Source of the DNA: Phaeosaccion multiseriatum
Taxonomy: Eukaryota > Protista > Ochrophyta, other classes
DNA: 64,000 nucleotides
Direction of reading: 5' to 3'
Assembly (NCBI GenBank): GCA_965112735.1
Contig: OZ218957.1
Coordinates: forward strand, 186,001 to 250,000
The notes below the pieces were generated by a model. It was not told the origin of the DNA and did not search any database. It was given only the letters and a program-made list of their open reading frames with translations. Positions within the stretch are counted from its first letter, which is position 1, and every line of letters begins with the position of its first letter. Positions 26,701-36,805 of the stretch are shown here, one piece after another. The position numbers and the translations under genes were made by a program.

Positions 26701-29700
26701 AGGAGGGGGGCGGGTGATGAGTTTGCTTTGTTGCTGCGCGTTCTGTTCGACCAGACGCAAGGCAGTACTTATGGGCCAGAGGGGGGGCTTTCACCTCGCT
26801 CACTACAACAAAATGGGTATCATACAGACCCATTTCTGCCCACCTGTTGCTGCCGCCCATACCGTGCGAGGGGTAACGCAGCCTGGTGACGTCATTCACC
26901 ACCCTATCGTGGAAGAAACTCCCGTCCTCCCCTGTGCTGAAATACACCCCTGCTCCTGCTCCTTCTCCTCCTCCTCTTCCCCCCCCTCCCACGTATAGCG
27001 CGGACTGCCGGATGGCGACGACGTCGTTGATGACGTCAAGCGTGAGGGCCTCAGCGGGCTGCCGTTCCCTCGGGTACGCGTCCGCGACACCCCAGTCTTC
27101 CTCCTCCCCCTCTTCCTCTTCCCCCTCCTCTTCCTCCTCCTCCTTCTCCTCTTCCTGCCCCAGTCTGTTCTCTCCCCCTCCCACGGCTCCTCCTGGGAAC
27201 AAATGCCTGATGCTGTCACCGGCAACTCCACCCCCACCCCCCCCCCCCCCGCCCCCCCCCCGTCCCCCCGCGGGCGCCTCCGCTTCCCCACTCGGGTGCG
27301 CTTCTCCATGGATGTGAGAAACGCCTCCGTGACGTCACTCGCCCTAACATACGAATTGGAGGTTTCTCTCCTGGCGTGTGTGGGCACCGATGGGGTCCGA
27401 TGCTCCGAGTGCTCCTTGGAGGGGCTCAGGAGATCCTCCAGGGTGATGGTCTTCGAGCGGAGAGACAGAGAGAGCACAGGAGGGCCCGAGGCACCATCAC
27501 CCGCCCCCAAGAGGGCCATTTCATCAGCTGAGCTTGTCTGTCCCTGCCCCTGCCCCTGCCCCTGCCCATATGCCTGCCCCTGTCCCGCCACCAGCAGAGA
27601 GGCAGCCGCATCGTCGTAACCGCCAAAGGCGCCGTGCGAGGACTTGGGGGACAGCCCTCCCAACATTCGCAACACGCGCTGGGCCGGCGTCTCCCCCAGT
27701 ACTCCCATCTCGTCATCCTCCTCGTCGCCCTCCTCATCCTCATCATCGCTACTGTCGTCGCCAACTGCGTCATCATCATCATCATCATCATCATCATCAA
27801 TCTGAGCACCCCCCTGGAGACTCCTCCTCTGCCGCTGCTGCCCCTGCCTGAGCTGCTTGGTCCTCCTCCTCCTCCTCTTGCGCTTGTTTCTCATGAGCAC
27901 TCTCACAGCCCTCTGCAGGGTGGAGGCGGCCCTTTGCGACTCCTTTGTCATGAGCGTGAGGGAGATGGCTTGATCGATGCGCACTCGCAGGTGCAGCTTG
28001 CCCTTGCCTGAAGGGAAGCAGGGAAGGGGTACCAAGCTCTCTCTCTCAGAGACGCCAACAAACACCTCAAGCTTGGCCTATACATGCTTGCTTGAACCCT
28101 GATACATCGGCCTCTCCTTGGCCGATATGCCGGCCCCTCACTCGACCCATGAACCTCTTCCTTGATCGATATGCCTCCACATTCCTCCACATGCCTCCGT
28201 ACGCCTCCATATGCCTGCCTCCCTGACTTACCCTTGACGATGGTCCACCACTGGTCCGACTCTTTGATGTCGGGGTCGTAGGGCGTGTTGACGGGGAAGG
28301 TTTCCGAGTCGGCGAGGTACAGCACCACCTCCCCGAGGGGGTCGTCCGCAGACAGGTCGTCGTGGTCCCAGATCTGAAGCCCCCCCCGCCGGGCAAGCAA
28401 CGGTCCACAGGGGCAAGGAACGGTCCACAGGGGCAAGGAACGGTCCACAGGGGCAAGGAACGGTCCACAGGGGCAAGGAACGGTCCACAGGGGCAAGGAA
28501 CGGTCCACAGGGGCAAGGAACGGTCCACAGGGGGAAGAGTGGGCTTGGGGTAAGTGAGTAGGAGAGTCTCAGTACTCGTAAGGCAATGAACAAGATCACG
28601 CCCAGCCGCCTCTTGCTACACACACACACACACACGCACACATACACACACTCACACACCGCGCACCTGACAGACGAAGGGGTGCTCAAGAGAGAGCAGG
28701 GGGAAGACGAAGTGCTTGTTCCTCCACTTGGGATTCAGCGACGCCTCCACCACATCCGTCTTCTTCACCGCCCCGGCCACGCGCAGCACGCAGAAGGGAT
28801 CGCTGCTGAGCACATCGCCCCTCTTAAGCCCCTTGGCCTCGAGCACATCCACATACAGGCGGAATGCGAAGCGCCCGAAGGACGGGTCGTATTCCGCCAC
28901 TCCACTGCCATCCCCGCCCCATCCACTGCCATCTGCCCCCTCGGAGGAGAGCTGCTGCTGCTGTACCGCTCCGGTGCTGTCCTCCCCCTCCCCGGGGGGC
29001 TGATCCTCGAACGTCTGCGGAGGAGCGCAGGGAGGGACATGGGTAGGCTTCAGTTTCGGCCACGAAGAGCTTAACCAATCTCGACCCCCACAGTTCTGTC
29101 AAGGGCCAATTGTAAGGTTGCGCTTACTACCCACATACTCATTAACTTACTCCTTCCCTCCTTCCCTCCCTTCCTCCACCCCCCTCACTCACCACCAGCC
29201 TGGACAAATGCGACCACTTGACCAGCACGGCCCTTGCATCGTGGTTGTCGAGCCCTGCCGTCCCCGTGTGCGTATGCGTCATCTGCTGAGCTGCCGCGGC
29301 GCCCCCCTGGGACACACCCAGCCCCAACTCCGGCGGCGGCTGAAACGCCCTCAAGACCTGCACGTCGCACAGCAACATGCCCGCCTTGACAAACACGCTG
29401 ATCTCCGTCGCATCGGTGGCTGGCCCAGGCTCAGTTCCTGCAGCAGATGCCTCTCTCTGTCTCGCCTTGCCTTCCTCCTCCTCCTCCTCCTCGGGAGTGG
29501 TGGCGTGGCTACCCCTATCGCCTCTATGTTCCCCTTCCCCGCCCCCCTCCCCGTCTACGGGTATGGTCGTACTCGAGTTGAGGTCCTCTCCCCATACCCC
29601 TCCCGCCCCGAGCTTGGACGGGGTCAGGGCCACCTCCTCCGCCTGACGCTCCTTCTCCCTGGCCTTGAGGAATCTGTCCCTCTTGGCGTCCTTCGCCCCT

Positions 29701-31837
29701 CCTCCTGCTGGAGAGCGCCTCTTGTTCCTCTTCGACTTGAAGAAGCTGAAGAAGGGACTACTGCTCCCACTTCCCGAGCCGCTCCCCGCCCCCCCTCCCC
29801 TGAGAACGGTGGTGCCGTCGCCTTCCTCCAACAGAAAGCCTTTGACCACTGGGCGGTCCTTCACCCGACTGTCCAGCACCAGCCCCAGCGAGCCCGGAGG
29901 GAAGGTCACACGCACCTGCAGTACCCCGAGCAACCACAGCGTCTTGTCCTTACCACCACTGCCCCCCCCACCCTCCTCCTCCTCCCCCTCCTCCTCTCCC
30001 TCCTCTCCACCGCTCACCTTCACCCCGCGGCGAAAGGAAGACCGCCTCTGCAGCAGATCAGGGATGCTCTTCCTACGCTTCTTGCTCTTCTCACCCTTTT
30101 GCTTCTTCTTCTTCTTCTGCTGCTGCTGCTGCTGCTGCTTGCCCTGCCCACTCGAGTCTGGCCTAGCGAAGAGGGGTGGCGTGCCTCTGATCAAAGCGCC
30201 CCTTCCCTTCCGCTTGAGCACCTCTCCAAGTGTTTCATTCGCGTCCAAAGGCGTCTTCCTCCATACCACGCGCCCTTCCACCCCCCCGCTGTCCTCCTTC
30301 CCGCCTCCTGCCCCTCCTCGGTCGCCGCCAAAATCACCACCACCATGACCACCTTCATCATCCCCGAAGTAGCCTTCGATGAATGACCGCCGGGCCCTGC
30401 CCTCAGCAGTGGAGGGCGTCGGCGCTCTGGCATGTAACTGCTTGACCTGTACCTGCACTTGCTCCGAGTCCCTCGCATGCCTCTGCATGAAGGTCACCGC
30501 CGCCTCGTTCTGCAGCCACATGACCGTATCCTTGGCCGAGCACTCGATGCGTAGCTCCTCCCCGTGTAGCAGCACCACCACCACCAACGCCTTGAGGCGC
30601 TCTTCCCGCGCCGCTTTGGCAGCCCGCTCGGCAGCGGCCGCAACTACTGCTTCTACTTCTTGTTGCTCTTGTTCTTTTGTCGCTTCTGGCCCCTCGAGAC
30701 CCGCACTAGCGAGGGCCTTCTCTCCCGTCTCAGACAAGCTGTCTACCCCTTCCTGTACCACCAACAGCGGTGCCTCCTCGACCTTGACCCTGGACATTAG
30801 TCGCTTGTACTTCCTCCTCCTTACTCCCTCCACCCCCTTGAAAGACTGGGCCCTGAGCTCCCTCTTCATCTGCTCAGTGCTGCCGCTCTGCCCGTGCGGT
30901 GTCTGAGGGGGCACGTGAGTAGACAGGAGGCTCTTGAACCACCTCTTGCCCCTCTCCCGCTTGCCCTCGCCCTTGCCCTTGCCCTTGCCCTTGCTGTTGC
31001 TCCTACCGTCTTGGCCCTCCTGCCCACCCTCCTCCTCCTCCTCCTCCTCTTCCGCCTTCTCCTCCTGCTTCTGCTGCTGTCGCACTGGGAGAGGCGCCTG
31101 TATCTCCACCTGTTGTTGCCGCCTCTTCTCCTCCTCCAGCGCCACCAGCTCCCCAAAATTGGAGCCGTATACCCACCCCCCGCTGTCTGAGTCTGCCCCC
31201 CCCCCCCCCCCCCTCCCCTCCTCCGACAGGTGCATCAGCCCCTCCCTGGTCCACCTCCCATCTGGCGCCCTTCCACTCCCAGCCAGGGGGTGGAAGGCTA
31301 GGCAGCCGCAGGCCCTGGCCTATGGGGTGTGCGTGGACGTCTGTGAATGGACTCGGGTCGATGAGGTGAAAGAGAAAGGCACTTGACCATCCCTGTTGCG
31401 TGTGTCCATGGGAAAGGGAGCAGGGCAAAGGCAAGGCGGGGCCAATGTCCGGTGAGGAAGAGGCCCGGGTGTGTGTGAGAGAGAGGGAGGGACATGAAAG
31501 CCATACAGAAAAGATACTCCTCCTTCCGCACCAATGAGAGACCAAGAGAGGGCGACAGAAATGAAAGGAAATAGAAAAGATGCTCCTCCTTCAGCAGCAA
31601 GGGTTGCGCCACGCTTCAGCAGGCTCTCTAGCATGCTGCACGTGTCAACTTCAGCTCCAAGCCGGAGGAGGAGCCGAAGCCCTTGTCCAGGGAGCCAAAG
31701 GCGGCCCGAGGAAAGCAAGCATTATTCCTCGTCCAACAGCGTACCTTGAATGGCCTTTTGCGCTGATTCTCGTACACCTCATGCCACATGGTCTCGCCTT
31801 CATTGTCGCTTTCCTCGTCCTCCGCAGATGGGTTCAT
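11385..31837 (-). CDS. Giant multi-exon protein: DysF/peroxin-like, PB1/ubiquitin-like, PDZ-like, C2, IQ-like, PH-like, C2, C2, DysF-like, Sec6/MUN-like helical region, C-terminal C2
   Basis: Start MNPSAEDEES...WHEVYENQR at 31837. DysF: LPPPGWEWKGARWEVD...GWVYGSNF...VRRRKYKR. PDZ-like: VTFPPGSLGLVL. C2: VLEAKGLKRGDVLSSDPFC...LNPKW...IWDHDDLSADDPLGEV; LHSAEGLPALDFSGSSDPYV...ENLNPVWEESFTF; VLEAASLRNAVNIGKSDPFV...ELSPVWNETL. Second DysF-like: VEVFENE...NWS...LEWRDTHWKID. Helical region with FLCASANDAL. Stop at 11385. Full exon map not resolved, and it could be two genes. Confidence 0.7.
11681..12050. repeat. Purine-rich GGGAGGA(A/G)-type microsatellite in the last intron of the C2 gene
   Basis: Continuous ggagga/gggagga units. 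Confidence 0.95.
16528..17104. repeat. Degenerate (TCAC)n intronic microsatellite, ~575 bp
   Basis: Visible directly; it fills the intron between two exons of the Sec6-like region. Confidence 0.95.
26405..26706. repeat. (GGAGA/GGGGA)n intronic microsatellite
   Basis: Visible directly. Confidence 0.9.
28391..28533. repeat. 20-bp minisatellite GGGCAAGGAACGGTCCACAG, ~7 copies, intronic
   Basis: Head-to-tail units, nearly all perfect, with no spacers. Confidence 0.95.
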
Positions 31838-32280
31838 CGTATGAGACCGAGAAGGAGGAGCAGCCGAAGGAAGTGCAAGAACCCAAAAGAAATAAGCCAA
31901 GAAAAGTAGAGGTCGACATCAGGAATTGCCCGAAAAAGCAAAGAAGCGGGAACGTGTCGAGAAAGGTTCAAGATTTTTTATTTCTATTTCCATCACTCCC
32001 AGCTCTACCGCCCACTTCCTCCCCTCCTCTCCCTCTAGGATCGCGAATAGCGTTTGACTTTGACAACTCTGCTTTTTCTCTCTCTTTTTCTCTCTGCTTT
32101 TTTTTTTTGCCTTGGGTCTCTTAGGGGCACTACAGGATCACAGAGGAGAGAAGGGGAAGGTTAGAAAGCTAGAAGAAAAGACTGTGAAGAGGGGAACGGC
32201 TCAGCAGCAAGAAATTGGAAAGGAAAAAGCGGGGTTGAAGAGAGAGTAATTTGAGAGGAAAAAGAAGGAAGGAGAGGAGG

Positions 32281-33246
32281 ATGGAGAAGGGGAGAAGCAG
32301 TGGGGGTTCACTTGTTGGGGGTGCTGCCTGCGCCAATGCTGCCCGAACGTTTGAGGCTTGCGAGAGGGCATTGGCGCAGGACGTGCTTATTAGGGTCATG
32401 AGTGGTGTTGGCGAAGGTCATGACGCCTTCATAGCGACAGTGTGCAAGGAGTGGAAGGAGCACTACAGACGTGGACATTCCGCCAAGACGACGTCCAAGC
32501 GCAGCGTGATTGAGTCGGCCGAGCGCGTGCACTGGGCGAAGCGGCTCGGGTGTGAGCTGAGTGTGGGCACTTTTCAGGCCGCCGCCAGGCATGGGGATGT
32601 CGAAGTGTGTAAGGCACTCTATGCTGAGGGCTGTCCCTGGAATGAGGACGTGTGTCGGGCAACTGTAAAGAACTGGCAGCATGGCCTGAGCGTACTCAAG
32701 TGGCTACGATCCAGAAACCTTTTCGGCAAGGAGAGGTGTCCATGGGATGACAAGATTTGTGGCGAGGCTGCATATAGGGGGAATGTGGAGATACTCAAGT
32801 GGATCCTCTCGGACGCAGAGCGGGGTCCATTTGAGAGCTCCACGTGGGAGTTCGCCTGTCTAGGCGGTAACATCCCTGTTGTGGACTACCTCCTAAGCAA
32901 TCCCCGCACGAGGGCCTTGGTGGAAAGGAATAGAGACGGAAAGTGGCGTCGTGGGGCGATGTACGCTGCTATAAACGGACACCTTGGGGTGCTGCAGCTC
33001 CTCCACGCCAATGCTTACGACCTCTGCGCTTGGGACGCGAGGGTGTGTCGATCTGCGGTCATGAGCGCTCAGAGCCTGCCGATGCTCAAGTGGCTCCGAT
33101 CAGAGGAAGTGCAGTGCGCGTGGGATGAAGAGTCGTGCCCACAGGTCATGCACGACAGAGGCATACTTTTTCAGATCGACGCCGAGTCCTTGGAGATGAA
33201 GCAGTGGGTGCACGCCAATGGCCACCCTTGCAGCTGCGAGGACTGA
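32281..33246 (+). CDS. Intronless F-box-like + divergent ankyrin-repeat protein (family copy D), close paralogue of copy C
   Basis: LIRVMSGVGEGHDAFIATVCKEWK, AARHGDVEVCKALYAEGCPWN, CPWDDKICGEAAYRGNVEILKW, PRTRALVERNRDGKWR, LKWLRSEEVQCAWD. Collinear with 9836-10999. Confidence 0.85.
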   Translation: MEKGRSSGGSLVGGAACANAARTFEACERALAQDVLIRVMSGVGEGHDAFIATVCKEWKEHYRRGHSAKTTSKRSVIESAERVHWAKRLGCELSVGTFQAAARHGDVEVCKALYAEGCPWNEDVCRATVKNWQHGLSVLKWLRSRNLFGKERCPWDDKICGEAAYRGNVEILKWILSDAERGPFESSTWEFACLGGNIPVVDYLLSNPRTRALVERNRDGKWRRGAMYAAINGHLGVLQLLHANAYDLCAWDARVCRSAVMSAQSLPMLKWLRSEEVQCAWDEESCPQVMHDRGILFQIDAESLEMKQWVHANGHPCSCED

Positions 33247-33621
33247 CGAAGAGTGGTATTCACATGGGGCGACGTCAGACTACTTCGCTCAAAGGAGGAA
33301 TCAGAGGGATGGGGACGGCGGCTCTGAGGCGGAGGAAGCAGGGGAAGATGGGGGGGGCATGGAGGCAGGAGTCTTCGGAGGCCCTCAGTCCTTCGTTACA
33401 CCCGTCTTTTCGTTCCCAGGTCTTTGACGTGTTCGCAGGGAGGGAGAGGTGTTTGTGAACCTCCCTCGCGCTGGATGACGCAAGGAATGCCTGAGGAGTA
33501 TTTGTTGACTTGAGAGGTATCACCTATACCTGAGGAGTTGAATACATGTATATACCATTGGGTGCCATTTGGCCTGCTGACTGGCGTTGCGGTGGCGCAC
33601 AATGTAGACTTTCTGTAGCAC

Positions 33622-33687
<66 letters not shown>

Positions 33688-34049
33688 CCCTCCTTCTCTC
33701 CCTCTCTCTCTCTCTCTGCTCCTCTCTCAATCCCTCCTTCTCTCTCCTCGCGGCATCTATGCCTTTCTGGGGCGGGCCTAATCGTGTGTTGGATGGCGGA
33801 CATTACCGGATATGACAACAGGGCAGAAGGCAGAGAGCCGTCCACAGCGTCAAGCCCTTCGACCCTTCACTCCCTCTCTCTCTCTCGGGGGTGCGGTCCA
33901 TGAGTCCTTCCTACTCACCCGTAGCTGGAGCAAGGGTATGGAAAGGAAACAACAGTCACTTTCTTCACGTTGTACCCGTGGCTGGAGCAGACATAAACCG
34001 TAGAGACCAGACTTAACGTAGTATTGTCGTGGGTTTTCACTAGGATACT

Positions 34050-36760
34050 CTACGGTGTGTAGGGAGATGATGGAGGCTGCCGCAGGGCAAACAGAAGCAG
34101 GAAGAAGAAGGACAGCGGGAAGAGGAAGAGGAGCCTTTCCTTCAAAGTCGACCTGCTCGACTTTGAGAAAGTCGCGCAGCCTCTGCAGAGAGCCGTGAAA
34201 CCGTCCCCCCACACGGCGCCGCAACACATGCCGAGCATGCGTCTCACTCGAAGCAGCCGAGATCGCACCCTCGCGAGAGTCAGCACGTCTTCCATTGTGA
34301 TGTCTTGCTCCTCCTCCTCCTCCTCCTCCTCCTCCTCCTGCTCCTCCTCCTCCTGCTCCTGCTCCTCCTGCTGCTGCTGGTCCTCCTGCTGGTCCTCCTG
34401 CTTCTCCTCCTGCTGCTGCTCCTCTTCCTCGACTCGGGCGTCTGCCCCCTCCTCCCCAGGCACCCGCCTCAGTACCATCACCTCCTCCTCCCTTCCTATC
34501 CTCCTCTGCACGTCCTCCTCCCCCTGCTGCGCTTGGCTTTGGGTGGTCTGACTGGTGCCGCCGCTGCTGCTGTTGGTGGTAGCCAGTAACCTCTGCATTT
34601 TTCTCCGAAACCCGTCGAGGCGAGCAGTAGCAAGCCCGCCCCCCTCCTCATGTGTACCACCAATTGATGTAGCCGCCCCTGCTATACCAGCCTCACCGTC
34701 GCTCAGAAGTGGTTCCACTCTACTCAGCCTCCGCTTTAGCCTCTCGATGACTCCACTACCCCCTGCAGAAGCAGTTGGTGATACAGCAGAACCAACAGAA
34801 TCATCACGTCTCCTGATGTCGCCGCTCTCAGGGGGGGGCGTCTCGGCCGTCTGCGAATGGGCGGCGACGGAGATGCTGTGCAGCGAGCAGTAGCAGTCCG
34901 TGCACACGCGCACAGCCGCTGCAGCAGCGGAGAGACGGCGACTCAGTGGGGGAGGAGAGAGAAGGTCCTTCATACCCCCAGTGACGGGAGGAGACAGAAG
35001 GCCGTTCCTACTTGTGGCAGTGGCGATGCGCAGCCTTGCCCTAGGCCCGTGGAATGCTCCTGCTCCTGCTGAATCACCAACTGCTGCTGCTGCTGCTGCT
35101 GCTGCTGTTTCACCAACTCCTGCTGCTGCTGCTGCTGTTGCTGGTGCTACTGCTGCTGTCTCGTCAACTGCTGTTGTTCCTTCTGCCGCCGCTTCACCCT
35201 CGCCATTGCCCACACGACTGCTGCCGCCGCTTCTGCTGCCAGTGCCCCCCCCCGGGTCGTCGCCTTCCCCCTGCCTCAAACTGACGCGATGTGGAGAGCA
35301 CTTGCTGCACACAATCTCCCCACACATCCGACAGTGGTGCCTGCGCAGCACCAGAGAGAAGGCCCGCAGGCAGTGCAGACACGTGTCACGCTCTGAGTTG
35401 GGCACCCACTCGTTGCTGCAGTCGCCAATTGAGATCAAACCGGCATTGTATGGGCCAAGGGCGGCGGCGGCGGTAGCAGCAGCGGCAGCAGCAGCGGCAG
35501 CACCGTCTCTAGCCTCTCGGGCCTCTCTGGATTCCCTCCTGCGCTTGCTCATTTCCCGCCATTTCACAAGTAGCACACTCCCCTCCTCCTCCGGCTCGGC
35601 ACGAGTGAGGTTGGGCATCACCGGGCTCTCTGCTGGTGCCCCAACCTTGCCAGAGGAGTCGCTCACGCCGTTGTGCTCGCCGTTGTGCTCTCCCTGCTGT
35701 TGCTTCTTTCTATTGCCCGCCTCGTCCTCCTTCTCCTCATCATCACCATCCTCCTCCTGCTCCTGTACCACCACCTGCTGCTGCTGTGCCGACATGGCCG
35801 CAGTTTCGCTCCTGCGCGAGACCTTCTTCTTGATGGATAGGAGCAGCGCATCCATCACCGCGGCCGGCTCAAACGCCTCAACCTCGGCTGCTGCCGCCCC
35901 CCCATCCACTGCCATCCCTCCTACTCCGCCACTTCCACTTGACCCGACCGACTCCTCTCCGCTGGTGAGCCATCGGCGGTGCAAGGGCCCAGACCGAAGG
36001 CTACCGTCAGAGAGGGATGGCCGTTTGGGGTGCCCCCGTGACCCAAGGAGGTCCACCCCCACCCCCACCCCCAGGTCCTCGTCCTTCTCGGCATGGGCAG
36101 CGCGAGTCTGCTTCAGCTGTGTGAGAGCATTCCTCAGCCTCGCAGGAAGGGGAATAGCGATAGCAGCGGCAGCAGCGTCAGGTTCCGTCTCATCACCCAC
36201 TTTCCCAGGGGGGGCACCGCCAGCCCCGCCGCTCTCTATCCGCTCACCCTCACCCCTCTCCTCTTGGTCATGATCCTCGTCGCTGCTCTCATCGTCTGTG
36301 AACTCAGACTCGCCTTCCATCAGCCCCGACGTCTCCAACGCCACACTCCGCTGCCTCCTCCTTTCACTCTCCCCCCCCTCCTCCTCCTCCTCCTCCTCCT
36401 CCTCCTCCTCCTCCTCCCCATCCACTGCCATCCTCGGCTTCCCCTTGAACAAATAGGCCTGCATCTGCCTGGCGCTGCAGGCCTCGGTGTCCACCAAGCC
36501 ACCCACTCGGACAGGGAGCCTTGAGAGGGGCACGCTCTGAGACACAATACTGAGGAAGTTGTAGTCCAGCACCTGCCGCCATTTGTGAGGCCACCAGAAC
36601 CGGAAAGTGCGGCCCAATGGCGAGAGGGCGAGGAGGCGGGGGGAGGGAGGAAGGAGGGAGGGAAGGGGGAGGGAGAGGGAGGAGAGGGAGGAGAGGGAGG
36701 GAGTGGTTATGGTTGTGGACACAGCGCTTGAGAGGACGTCGTTGAGGCTGCTTGCGTAGG

Positions 36761-36805
<45 letters not shown>

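Noticed and set aside
28391-28533. Regular 20-bp repeat array as a CRISPR
   Set aside because: Units are head-to-tail with no unique spacers, there are no cas genes, and it lies in a eukaryotic intron; it is a minisatellite.
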